Below are positions 1 to 26,110 of a stretch of DNA of 64,000 nucleotides, piece after piece. Within the stretch, counting starts at the first letter, position 1; each line of letters starts with the position of its first letter. Both the position numbers and the translations under genes were made by a program. The notes beneath the pieces were generated by a model. It was not told the DNA's origin, ran no database searches, and was given only the letters and a program-made list of their open reading frames with translations. The stretch comes from Macrostomum lignano (lineage: Eukaryota): positions 1-64,000 of the forward strand of contig NIVC01003728.1 in assembly GCA_002269645.1 (NCBI GenBank), given 5' to 3'.

Positions 1-13917
<13,917 letters not shown>

Positions 13918-15151
13918 CAAAGACACGAGCTGCGGTTAAAAATTCTTTGCTTTTTGTCTTTTTTCTGTCTTTTTTTAACTTTCTGATACATTAAAGATAT
14001 GCATGCGGAATTTTTTATGATGTCACTTCAACCCAGATCGAGTTCAGTACGTAAATATAACTTTTAACAGTTGGATTCATACAGATATTTTCCCGTCAGT
14101 ATGTCGATCCCACGCAGCTATCGACGTCGCTGGAAAAATGTACTTTTAGATTGCAGCGAAGTTTTGCCGACGCATTGCCGTCATCATCCTTTCGAACAAT
14201 GTAAAAAAACGATTTATATTTACCAGCAACGTCAATCATCGTAGGTTACCTCGGCGGATGTCATAATGTTGCACTGGAATTTGCGCCTGCCCAAATTGTC
14301 ACGTGTTTTATTCTTTGTCTTTTTTTGGAGTTTTTTAAGCTACGTTTAACTTAACTTTTTAAATAAAATTATAATATTGAAGCTAATTTCATGCAATGTT
14401 TGCGATTTTAGTTTCATTCATGTAGATTCAGAAGGTTTCACTGGTCTTCAGGATTTTCATCCGAATGTGTTATTACTGGCTACTTTTTCCAATTTGCACA
14501 CGCACAATTCAATGATAGTATACGAGCTGTATAAATGTCGATTTTTATATTCGGATTTATTTATCTGACATTTTGTAACTGCTCGAAATGTTGACACGAT
14601 TTTTTAATGCGCGGATATTTTGAAAATCAGTTCTAAAAATTAGGCATAGCGACTTGCGCCGTCAGTACAAATTATGGTAGTTTAATGTTTAATCGTTTAT
14701 ACTTAAAATTTTATTTTCAAAATCATCAAGTCTCGCCTTTCGTTTTTAAGTATAGGGTTGAATCGTTTTGAACGGCTTGCTTGCTTAAAAAGGAACTCCT
14801 ACGCTTTAGTTGAGATCAAATCATAGCTGTACCGCCACAATTTGAAGAAAACCTCTAACTGACACGCAGTGAAGCTGTCTTGCATTCCTTACTATCTGTC
14901 TCCACTAGTAAGACTAAAGTCATCGAATGTATTTGATACCTGTTAGCCCCGATAACAGGCACGCAGTGTTCAGCAGCTCACCGCAACTGTGAATTAATAA
15001 ATAAATAAAAGCACCAAGCTGCCGACCAGCGAATTCTGTCGCTGCAACATCAGTGACTGGTTCTGCAAATAAATATTATTTCGAGCTACTTTTGGACTCG
15101 ATCATTATTCAGCCAAGACTTGAGGTTTCCAGTTTTAGTTGAAAGTTAAAG

Positions 15152-17346
15152 TGCCAGGTGTGCACAGTTTCTTTATTTATATTTTAGTCACCTTAGAAAA
15201 ACTACACGATCGATAAATTAAAGAGCCAGAGATATCACGTGATCAATAATACATTATACAGATTATTTATCAACTACTATACTGAAAGTAGCAGTATAAG
15301 TAAAAGACAAGAATAATATTAGTATAGTTAGCAATTACGTTGTACCATAATTATACGAGCTAGTAGAAACATCAGCGTAACAATATTATCATCAAGTTGA
15401 CCCTTTAAGTTACGACACAACATCTTACTCCTATCCAATTGAAATCACCAGCCGTAGCGCTGCAGAGGACGTCGCGGACGAGTGGACCGTCGCAGAGCCC
15501 GAGCCGGTGGTCCATCGGCTGGACCAGGAGTCGGTGTTCGAGCCTTTCCTCCTCCGTCTTGCGTTGCCCACTCTTGGACATCCACGAGAGGATCAAACTC
15601 GCCAGCCGCAGATGCCTTGTAGTTTAGTCGCAGAGATGTCGGCACCAGCGCTTGCTGGTTCCAGGTGCTGCCGTCCGCCAGTCGACAGGCCGCCTTGACG
15701 ATCTGCAGCGGCGCAGAGAGCCGGCTGCCGAGCTTGCCAGGTCGTGTTGGCCGGCGGATCCGGACCCAGTCACCGGTGCGTAATGTCGGCTGCCGGGCTC
15801 CACGCCGTTGGTCGGTGTACGCTGAAGTCCGCTGTTGACGCTGCTGAATACGTTCGGCGATATCAGACTGCGCAGCAGTGCCCTTCTTGACCGGAGCGAG
15901 TAGAGACATGGGCGTGCGCCAACGGCGACCCAACATCAGTTCGGCCGGGCTCTTGACAGTCAGGGCGTGCGGCGTGCTGCGGTAGCTCTCGAGAAACTGC
16001 AACAGCGCGTCCTGCATCGGCACGTTGACGGCTCTAGACGCTCGAATGCTGTCCATCAGGGACCGTTTGAGCCGCTTGGTTTGACCGTTGGTGCTCGGAC
16101 CGTACAGACAAGTCTTTAGGTGTTGGATGCCCCGCTCTTGAAGGAACCCGGTAAAGGCGTCGCCGAACTGAGGTCCGTTGTCGGCAAGGACCTTCTCGCA
16201 GAGGCCCCAGCGTGCGAACAGGTTGCGTAGCACCTTACAGACCGTGTCGGTGGTGATGCTTGAAGTCGCGAAGACCTCCAGCCCCTTGCTGTGCAGATCC
16301 GTGATGACCAGTAGGAATCGTGACGACGCCGGCGCTGCCTGCAGTTCACCCACGATGTCGATGGCGATCTCTGTCTAGTGGCACTGGCAGGGGCTGCAGC
16401 GGAGCCGATCGCAGCTTGAAATTTTTCTCCACAGTCTCGCAGGCGCCGCAGTCTCTGACGAACGTCTCGACGTCGGCGTCCATCCTCGGCCACAAGGTGA
16501 ACTCGCGAAGCTGCTGCTTGGTACGCACCGCCCTCGGATGTCCCGCATGCGCGGACTTCAGAAGCTCACGCCGCAGGTCCTGTGGGATGACGGCGCGGTC
16601 TTGGAAGGCCAGACAGGAGCCGTCTTGCCAGGTGCTAAAATGCTCTCGGACTTTTAAGTACGGCTGCAACTCCGTGTCCTTGGCCAAACTCCAGTTGCCG
16701 GTGGGAACTCGCTGAATGACTTCGCGCAGGATCGTGTCCTCTGCTTTGGCCGTCGCTAGCCGCTGTGGCGTGACGATTCGGAGTCGAGGCATTGCGGTGT
16801 CTGGCAATTGGATGATGTTCATGTCGGACCCGCAGCTCCACCTGGACAGCATGTCGGCCACCAAGTTGCGACTCCCCGGGAGGTAGCGCGCATGAAATTC
16901 GTACTGCTGAAATCGGTCACACATCGGTGAATGCGCAGCAGATTGCCGCTTTAAGCGCCTGGAAGGCTCGCTCGCATTCAGCTGTCCATTTGAACTCGGC
17001 ATCGCCCTTGAGCAGAGGCCTCAGCGGCGTTGTGACCTCGGCAAAGTGGGGCACGAACCGCATCAGATAGTTTGCCGATCCAAGGAACGCCTGCAGCTCC
17101 TTGCTCGTCGGCGCGCGCAGCTCATTGAAAGCCTTGGTTTGAGACTCGGACGGCCGGATGCCCTCCGCCGAGAAGACAAAGCCGAAGAACTCTAATCTCG
17201 GTCTGCCGTAGCTCGCACTTGTCCTTGTTGGCGGTGAGGCCGGCGTCCTCCAGTCGCTTCAGCAGAGCTCGCAGCATCGAGTCATATTCGGCCTCAGTTG
17301 CTCCGAAGACATCCAGTCAGTTGACCCATCAAGTTACGACACAACA
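15152..17346 (-). mobile_element. Internally deleted Ty3/gypsy LTR retrotransposon
   Basis: 3' LTR ~15152-15422 (TGTTGTG...CA, with AATAAA near its end) preceded by the PPT ggataggagtaaga. Only ~28 bp of the 5' LTR remain (17319-17346). Near-TSD taaag/aaaag. Remnants of RT C-terminus (LKRLEDAGLTANKDKC, LQAFLGSANY..RFVPHFA), end of RNase H (YLPGSRNLVADMLSR) and integrase. Confidence 0.88.
15445..17002 (-). pseudogene. pol: Gypsy pol fragment: end of RNase H, HHCC zinc finger and integrase core, frameshifted
   Basis: AHAGHP...LREFTLWPRMDADVETFVRDCGAC (HHCC); ITD.HSK, LADNGPQF, NGQTKRLKRSL, YRSTPHALTVKSPAELMLGR; GDWVRIR. Split over ORFs 16346..17002 and 15445..16353. Confidence 0.9.
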
Positions 17347-18006
17347 AAAAGTATCTAATTAATTGAATGGGTAGATTCCAAGTGAACAGTGACAGACAAT
17401 ACAAAAAACAAGCACACTGACACACGCGTATTAATGGGTGCATTGAGAACAAATTACCAACAAGATCAAGCCACAAACAAGTCTCTAAAGTGGTATAATG
17501 TTCATAAATTTGTTCCTGACATCAGCTGATTCATTTCGTGCAAATGTCATGGCTGCTACCAGTATAGTTCAGGGCTAAGCGATTTTCTTTGACAATTATT
17601 TCTTTAAATCAAAATCTTTTTTAAATTTCAAGGCAATTGTTTCTGCGCAGTGAAAGAAGTGTCTTGTGATCCATTGATAACCTTTTTCCAGTCTTACCGC
17701 GCTTAAATTTGTGTGAAAAATGAGACTGGCTCCGATAGCTAACGAAATTCAAATTTTATGCTGTTGTTGTTAATGCCAATTGAGTTTGCGTCATCGGCGC
17801 TGTCAGACTAAATACCACTGAGTCACGCAATTAAAAAACGTATATGGTTTTTACTACCACACTCAGTTCCAAACCATAGGAGCCGTCGCAACGAATATAA
17901 CCCAAAAATTATTTTCGGAGAGGCCAGAAATAAAATTTCAATTCTTTTCTGAATTTTCAAACTCATATTTTAAACGACGAATGCAGTAAATTTACTGCAA
18001 ATTGTA

Positions 18007-21000
18007 ATGGCAAGTTGGGGTGAGTGTGCTTGTAGCATTCATATAATAATGGGCCGTTGTTACGGTCGAAAAGTAGTTTAAACCAAACAAAATAATTGGT
18101 CATTTTTAGCGCCCTGGAAATTCTTCGTAGTCCTGGTTGCCACTCAGGTGTGCTTGGGCAGCGGTGAAGTTAGCAGTAAGTTACACGTGAATATTTTTAA
18201 ACGTCACAATCTTTAGCTTATTTTTTGTGACAGAAGGCACTGTAGCTGTAGGCTTTACTATAAGACTTCTTTATTATGGCAAACAGTTTTAAGACACAAT
18301 AATACGTGTGCATGCACTTGTTCTTGAGTTGATTGCCACATTGTTATCATAGATATAGCGTCATTGTTAGCAAAACCCTGGAACCGTAGTGTTACAAACG
18401 CATCAAGGTACAAACAATCTAGTAAAAATTCAACTAACTTAACTCGAGAAGGTACGAGAGAGGCATGAGAAAGAGTCCGCCGAGATTTTCCTGCAGGAGA
18501 TTTGCCAGTCAGCTCTGAATATCTACATGTAAGGGTTGTTACAGAGTGTTGCTCATGCAGGAGCGTCATCTACCCAGATAGTATTCCGTGTTTGAACGTG
18601 GCATCCATGAATATGTTGTTATACAAGTGTATTGTTGCGCTGCTGGCGCAAAATCTATCAAGTTGTTCTCACTTTTTGTTTCAGATTGTCCAATATTTCA
18701 ACTTCTAAATGTTAGCACTCATGGTGCCATTGAAAGCCACTCGAACACTGATGATTACCTGAGCAGTTTGGCCTGCACCTGGCAGATCAACGCTCCTAGA
18801 GGCAAGAAAATTGCGGCCTGGTTCGATTTTGTTCATCTCAGTCCAGGAAATTATTCGTCCGTGACCGTAATCGACGGAGAGAAAGGGTCGCGAGCGATTG
18901 GCAGAGTCGATGGGCGTGACGGTCGACACTTCTTGTCGCCAAAGTACATCTCTACTGGAAACGTTTTGTTAATCTATTTTCAAAATCCTGAAAGTAAATT
19001 CAATAGCGGTTTTCGACTTCACTACGAGGTTTCGGAAAGCCGTAAGTTTGCTAACTTGGTTTGATCTGTTAGAGATCACCGGACAAAAGCTATTGGTCAA
19101 AACCTCTGGAAAAATGCTGTTAGAGCCTTGGGTTTGCTCATCTCCACTAAATTCCGCTCCTCCTGTGGATAGACAGCCTGTCCTGAAAAATCCTAACTGC
19201 TGATGTTTTTAGTGTATTAGGCGGAAGGGGATATGACTGGGTCAAAAATACTCTGTAGTACAGTTACTGCTTGCACCAATATTTATGGAGGGGTTTGCAG
19301 GATCTCCGAGGCTCTGGTGTCAGTCGCAGCAGTCTACTCCAAGAGGCAAGCGGACTGCTCGAACTTTTGCACAATCTCGGAAAACAGTGGCGAAATCGCG
19401 AGCCACTCCAACGGCTGCAGCCGCCAGCGCTACGGCAATAATTTGGTGTGCAGCTGGCGGATAGCTGTAGCCCGGGGCAAGAGGGTGATGGCCTGGTTTG
19501 CTTACGTCGACCTAGAAGAAGCTTTTGACTGGGTCGCCCTGCTGGACGGTGACGGCGACAGTAAGTCAGGGCTGGTCGTGAAAGTCAGCAAATCTGCAGC
19601 TGCCAGATTCCAGTCGCCGATTTACGTTTCAACCGGTAGCAAAATGCTGGTAAAGTTCAAATCCGACTCCAGCGTTTCAGGGTATGGATTCCGGATGCAC
19701 TTCAAAACTACCGAGAGTAGTGAGTACAATTAAAAAATTTTAATCGAGAAAATATGCTTGTCTCTTGACGCTAGTTCAATAGACCCTGGAAAGACGGGAC
19801 AGGCGGTTCCAAAAATATTGATAAGCTATTTGACTGATTGACACAAGCAGGTTTTCATAGCTCTGTTTGCTTTTTAATCAAACAGCAAGGCAATTCTTGG
19901 TGCTCTTTGTTTATTTTTATCAGCTTCAAACGGCTCGTGCCTGGAAAAGTCGTGGCTGGATGCAGGGCAGACAAGTGGCGTGATCTACAGCCACGGCCAA
20001 GTGGACACCGCTCCTTATTCACCCAATATGAGCTGCTCCTGGACTCTGCCAGTAGTTTCGGATAGGTATATTCACCTGCTCGTGTTTAATCTGTCGATCG
20101 GATCGGGTGATGTGCTGAGTATGTACGGCCGCTGGAATGGAAGTTCATACAAGAGTTTAGACTTTCCCGGTTGGACTGCAAAGCGCGTACTTCAACTGTT
20201 CTCAACTGAGACGGTTAAAATTGACTTCAAGTCCGATGGCCTATTGGAGTCTACTGGTTTCGTCATACACTACCGATACGATGAGTGTAAGCGACTGCAA
20301 GGTCAAACTTGAGCCTTTGAATTTTGTTATTCTCTGAGTACCCTGCTGACTTGTCCTGAATCAAATTGACAGACTGTACCAGCAACAAGAGACTGACAGC
20401 TCCCAGTGGCCAAATTGAAGTTCATAGTGGAATCGGTTTCATTAAGCATGATTCAAGACGCCATCATCAAGACTGCAGGTGGACCATTGACCAGGCTGAA
20501 GGCAACCGCATCGCTATTCAGTTTGCAGAAATCAGTGTAGCCCCATGGTATTTTTTCATAACAGTACTGAATGCGTCAGGACATCAAGTGCTTTATCTGG
20601 ACAATTCATCCAACTTGACTGATATTTTGCATCGGAAAATCCATATAAATTCGAACCTAGTTGTCGTTGAATTCGTTTCTAACGACACTGATAGCACAGA
20701 AGCTGGCTTTAGACTTCTTTATAAAACGTCTGATCACTGTAAGAAGTCATTAAATTTCTTTTGTTTGTGTTGTTAAACATCGTAAAATAATGCACAGATT
20801 CTATTTCGCTTCCGTTTCAGTTTGCCACAACTTTCAAAATTTAACTGTTAAAAGTGATGGCGAAATTGAAAGCCACGCAGGTGCTGGAGCTACACGTCAC
20901 CGACACAATACGACATGCACGTGGCAGATCAACGCCCCAGTAGGCAAGAGAATCGCAGCCTGGTTTGTTTACGTAGACCTCGAGAAAACCTACGATACGG

Positions 21001-24000
21001 TCACTTTTTTCGACGGGAAAATCGGGTCTCTAAAGATTTCCAAAGTTAGCAGGCCTGCTTACACAAACTACAGCTGCGTGTCCCCGAAGTACATCTCCAG
21101 CGGCAATGTTTTATCAATGTTCTTCTCCACTGATGTATCCGTGGCTAATACAGGATTTCGAATCCGATACGAGGTCATAGAAAGTCGTTAGTATTTTTTA
21201 TTTCTTACGCTGTTTAATGTAAAATGCCTATCATCACAAGCAAAAAATTCAAGAATCCCTACCCTCAGGGATGGTTTAGCTTTGTTGCCTTAAGTGTTAA
21301 TGTCAATAATTATAATGATGCCTACTAATGCCAAATTTTAGCGGCAAGCAAATCCTGCGGATACGTAATCTTCAACGACTCAACGAATCGAACCGGATCG
21401 ATAACTAGTCACGCCTCCTTTGGAAAAACTCCCTATTCATCAAATATGTCGTGCGAGTGGATTTTGCCCGCCGTGAAGGGGCACTTCATCGAGGTGACTC
21501 TGAGGAACATGTCTCTTGGCGGTGGCGACTGCTTTTCGTTTAGCGACTACCAACGAGTCTGCGACTGGTATTGGCTCTGTAATCCATTTGCTTACTGGGC
21601 TAGCAACGCAAGCACTCTACTACACATAAAGTTCCAGTCCGATATGCAGTTCGAATCGAATGGATTTCTGATAGAGTTTCAGTACACATCAGGTAAGTGG
21701 TGCGTTGTCGAATGTATGAACATTTTGCACCAGCAGACGTGGAAACGAGCGTATTTCCTCTTGGCCATAAATTTCTTTTTCCTCTCGTGAATAAGATATA
21801 GAACGTTAAAAACTAAAGCACCTCACATTTTTATTAGAACCTAAAACTCCTTCACCTCTTTCCAAATCTTTCAACGTAAAGACGTACTTAATTTTTCCTG
21901 ATAAATTTGCCCTACAGTGTGCACTTCACTACAGTCGCAAACTTAAAAGCCAAAATAATTCAAGTTGAAGCCGAACTTGAGTAATTCTAATGAGTTTGCT
22001 CAATAAGAATCGATGCTCGTACCTGAAGGTACATTTTAAGAACAACATGTTAGCCAATTAAATTAACATTAACTTGTAATTTTAACTACAGAATAGTACA
22101 GGAAGCCATAGTCTCTTTTAAAGTCTTAGCCAATACGAAAGCGGTTTAAACAAAACCAATTAATAGAAAGCGAGAGACTGACTACCCCTAATGGCACAAT
22201 CGCGAGCCACTCGGGACACCGGATGGCGGCTGGCTACTGGATGAACATGCAGCGCAGCTGGCAGATTGTGGCACCGCTGGGCAGACAGATTTCTGCTTGG
22301 TTCACCAATTCATTCGTCAGCCTCGGCTCGATTAACGACACCGTCGTTCTGTACGACGGTTGGCGAAATCAACTGGCGCTGCTGAGAGGCGGATTCTCAC
22401 CTGAAGCGATTAATTCGGCGAACAGAATTTTCAGGACGAGCTCGAATCGGATGCGGATCAGCTTTACCTCCGGGAATTTGCAGCATCCTCTCCATGCGCT
22501 AGGATTTGAGCTGGAGTACACTTGGTCCGAGAGCTGTGAGTCATTGGAAGTGGCTACTCGCATACGTAAAGACTATTGTTATTGTTGGATAGCTATAATT
22601 TTTGTGTGTTCAACCCGAGTAAAGTCCCTCAGCAACAAATGAAAATATTGGATATGCTGAAACATTGTACGTATCCTGAACTCATTCCAGTCTGCCATGG
22701 ATTCAAGCTGGTAACAGAAAGCAATGGCGAGTTGGTCAGCCACAGCGGTGCGGGTCGGTCGCGCTGCCTGAGCAACATGCGCTGCAGGTGGCAGATTTTG
22801 GCCCCACAGGGAACTCGAATTCAGGCCAGATTCAGTTTCTTGAGCGTGGAGTCTGACTCCGATTCGTTAGTAATACATGACAATTACCCTTCTCAGCTGA
22901 TATTCAGGTCGAGTCGCGGAAACAATGCCCCCGACTGGACTGTAGAGTCAAGTTCAAACTTCATGTTCGTGTCCTATCTCACTGGGAGTAGCTTTGGCGC
23001 CAGCCACACCTCTTCGCTGGGCTTCCGACTGAAGTACCAATATCAGGACGCTGGGGATCGTGAGTTCAAACGCTGAAGTGTACTAAAAATTCAACCATAG
23101 CCACATCAACTGCAGTTGGCAGCAAGCAGACGTTCAAAGATTGCATTACGAGCATCTAGCTTACATGTACTTTTCCCTTTGCCCTGTACAAAGTAAACTG
23201 ACTGAAATAACTGCCACTTGTGGATACACCCATAAGTATTTTTCAATTTCGTCTAAAAGACACATGGTTGATTTTTAATGCCGTAGATATACGAGAGTAT
23301 TGTTTGTTTTTTTCAGGGGTTATTGTAGAACAATATATCAAAACTGTAGGCGTTCAACAAGACGATGACAGGTGCAAATAATTGTTCTAAAAATTCAAAT
23401 CCCAGACTGCAGCGGAGTACGCATAATTAGGAATGAGTCGAAAGGAGAGATCTGCAGCCACACAAATGCCGGCAGAGAAATCTACGCGATACAGGCAAAC
23501 TGCGAGTGGCAGGTTGTGGCGCCTAAAGGTCACAGGGTCGTTGTGCGATTCACCTACATGGGCGTGAGCGAGAAAGACCTGCTAGCGTATGTTAGAGTAA
23601 GCGATGGGAGCTATGCATCCAAAGTGCTGGCTTTCATTGGCGGAGCAGCTCCTAATAGTACTAAAAATATCACCTCCACCGATTTGGTTTCATCTGGCAA
23701 CTTGCTGCAATTGGAATTCAGGGCCAGAGCACATTCAAATACGCTGGGTTTCCGATTGAGGTTCGACACGACACGATGTTGTGAGTTGGAATGCCTTTTT
23801 ACCTGATGTTTATTACACTGCTTTATTCTCTGAGTACACATCATGGACACGCAAAAAGTAGATATGTACTAACTATACGCCCGACGCATTTCAGTCTGCC
23901 AGCGCTACCAGGTACTGCATGGTAACAGCGGTGAGATCTTCAGCCACAGTGAAGTTGGGGTCAGGCCCTATCTGGACAACATGCTCTGCGAATGGCTGCT

Positions 24001-25720
24001 AGTTGCCAAACTCGAGGCTATAAATTATGCGCTCAGATCTCTTACGCTAGCCTGCAGTCCGCTAACGACACTGTGACGCTGCTGCACGGAAATAATGGCA
24101 CGCTGATAACTGCTGTGAAAGGTGGGACCGCGTCGGCAGGGCATCACAGACCGACGATATTTTGCGCAACATCCGGCACTATGGCTGTGATTTTCTCTAC
24201 CGATGGCTCCGGAAGGGCGTTAGGATTTCGACTCCGATACGAAGCCTTTGCCCAATGGGATTCGCGTAAGTCTAATTGTTATATGGTCACTGTGGCTGTA
24301 GCTCTGCGAGTGACCGTTTTTGAAATAATAAAACAGATAGCATATTGATCGAACAAATGAAGTTACATTTTAATCCACAATAAAAAGCGAAAATAAACTA
24401 TTATTCTCTTTCTTTGAAAAACAACTTATCAATATTTCTAGAATATACAAAACAAAAGAATGGCTTCGCACCGTACAATATCTTCATATGCTTCGACATA
24501 CACATTTCCAGCATCATTGGATCATTTCACAACGCGAGAATACAGTGCGGATCCGTTTACTACATCTTCTCTGGCAGTGAGGAGTACGATTGCAAGTGAG
24601 ACTGAAAGTACAAGAGTCAATGAATTTCCAAATGGAAGTGCGAGTACAAGTTGGAGTTCAACAATTGCGAATACAACTCCAAAAAACATTTCTGTTTCTC
24701 CATTGGCTAAACAGAGTGGTAATTATTATTTATCATGTAGCTTTCATGATAAAAAGTGTGTCAAGTCGTACAGTGGTATGGCCTTAAAGTTTAATACCGT
24801 TTTGCAGTCGACGCGAACGAATCGTCTGCCCTAAAAGTTTCGCTGAGTACTTTGTCGGCCATTTTTCTCGTCGTTTCGGCTGCTGTTGTGGCGGTGGTGA
24901 TATATAAGGTACGTAAAGGTTTGCCAAACCGTATTTTAAACAAAAACACGTTGCTTTACTTGCGAAGCTTCTCAGAGCGGAACCCTCTAACTTGATTCAC
25001 TTCAGCGCAAATTTGGATTGAATATCAGACGAAAACCCTTCATCAGCCGTTTCACTTCTGGTTCCAGACGTTTGGACGAGGTGAGGCAGACCTTGAGAAG
25101 TTACTTGATATCCCATAAGAGTTCAACCACACAAAATTTAGTATCTGCGGTAGCCACTGTCGAGTTTTGCCGCCGAACTCTACTTTCATAACAGATCTGT
25201 TTGTTGGTCAAATAAATTCAAATTATATACTCAAATTTATTGTCCAGAGATCAGGAAACAGAGACTATCAGCATTCATTCCGACCGATATGACCTGCAGC
25301 AACTGTCGGTCTATCTCAGTTTTCACGTTACAAGCATTGTTTCCTCTGAAAAAATCATAAAACTAAAATGCTATTAGCGAAAAAGTGACCCGAATATGGT
25401 TTAAAGGTATATTTAAACGTAAATTTAGATATTTGTAGATACGTACGAGTATCTATAAGATTTACCAATATAAAAATAGTATTATAATAGTAATAATATA
25501 TAATAATATAATATAGATACCTTAGATACCCAGCAATGATGTAATGGATTGATCATGTTTTAACCTTGAATGAGAGCAGAATTGCCATGTATTTTGAACA
25601 CTAAGCAAGCGCTATTCGATATGAAAACTTCATAATCATTTCTGTTTTTAGGAAGGCATTGTCAAATATTCGGGTACAAATTCTGTGGAGCTTCCTAACG
25701 AAGCCGAGCACGACTCATAA
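18007..25720 (+). CDS. Type I membrane protein with 10 tandem CUB domains, Ser/Thr-rich stalk, TM helix and short tail. Exons: 18007-18019, 18110-18163, 18685-19041, ~19333/19351-19719, 19924-20286, 20373-20738, 20821-21186, 21342-21692, 22167-22535, 22691-23059, 23406-23780, 23895-24265, 24512-24718, 24808-24908, 25006-25080, (uncertain exon ~25250-25310), 25652-25720
   Basis: Signal peptide MASWAPWKFFVVLVATQVCLGS. Each phase-1/1 exon encodes one CUB domain (G.I.SH...Y..N..C.W.I.AP.G..I...F...L....D.V...DG...F.SD.S....GF...Y). Stalk TTSSLAVRSTIASETEST; TM LSTLSAIFLVVSAAVVAVVIYK|RKF. The CUB10 exon is 371 nt, so one base is missing. Confidence 0.88.
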
Positions 25721-26110
25721 TTTCATTGAGTCCTGCAGCCCAGCACCGGTTGAATTTGTTATTATAGACAAAGCTGGAGACTGCAGCCAGTCAGCAATAT
25801 GCTTAAACAGACGTCTAGAATTGCACTTGTAGTATACTAATCAGACTGTTATGATTTATATAAGATTTCGTTTTGCTTCGAGAAGCGAAATTTAAGTAAT
25901 CAACTCATTTTACTTCCACCTTTATGCTAATCATTGGAACTGTTTTTGTTTAAATTTCGTGTTACGTACAGAGCTTTAATTAGCTTGTTACAGGTAATGA
26001 ATTCAAGGCTTCCCTGATTAATCATACTCTAAATTAACTTTCAAATTGAGTTTTGAGAGACATTGAAATTAGAAACTCATTTTATATGCAATACAATTTA
26101 TTGGCTATAC

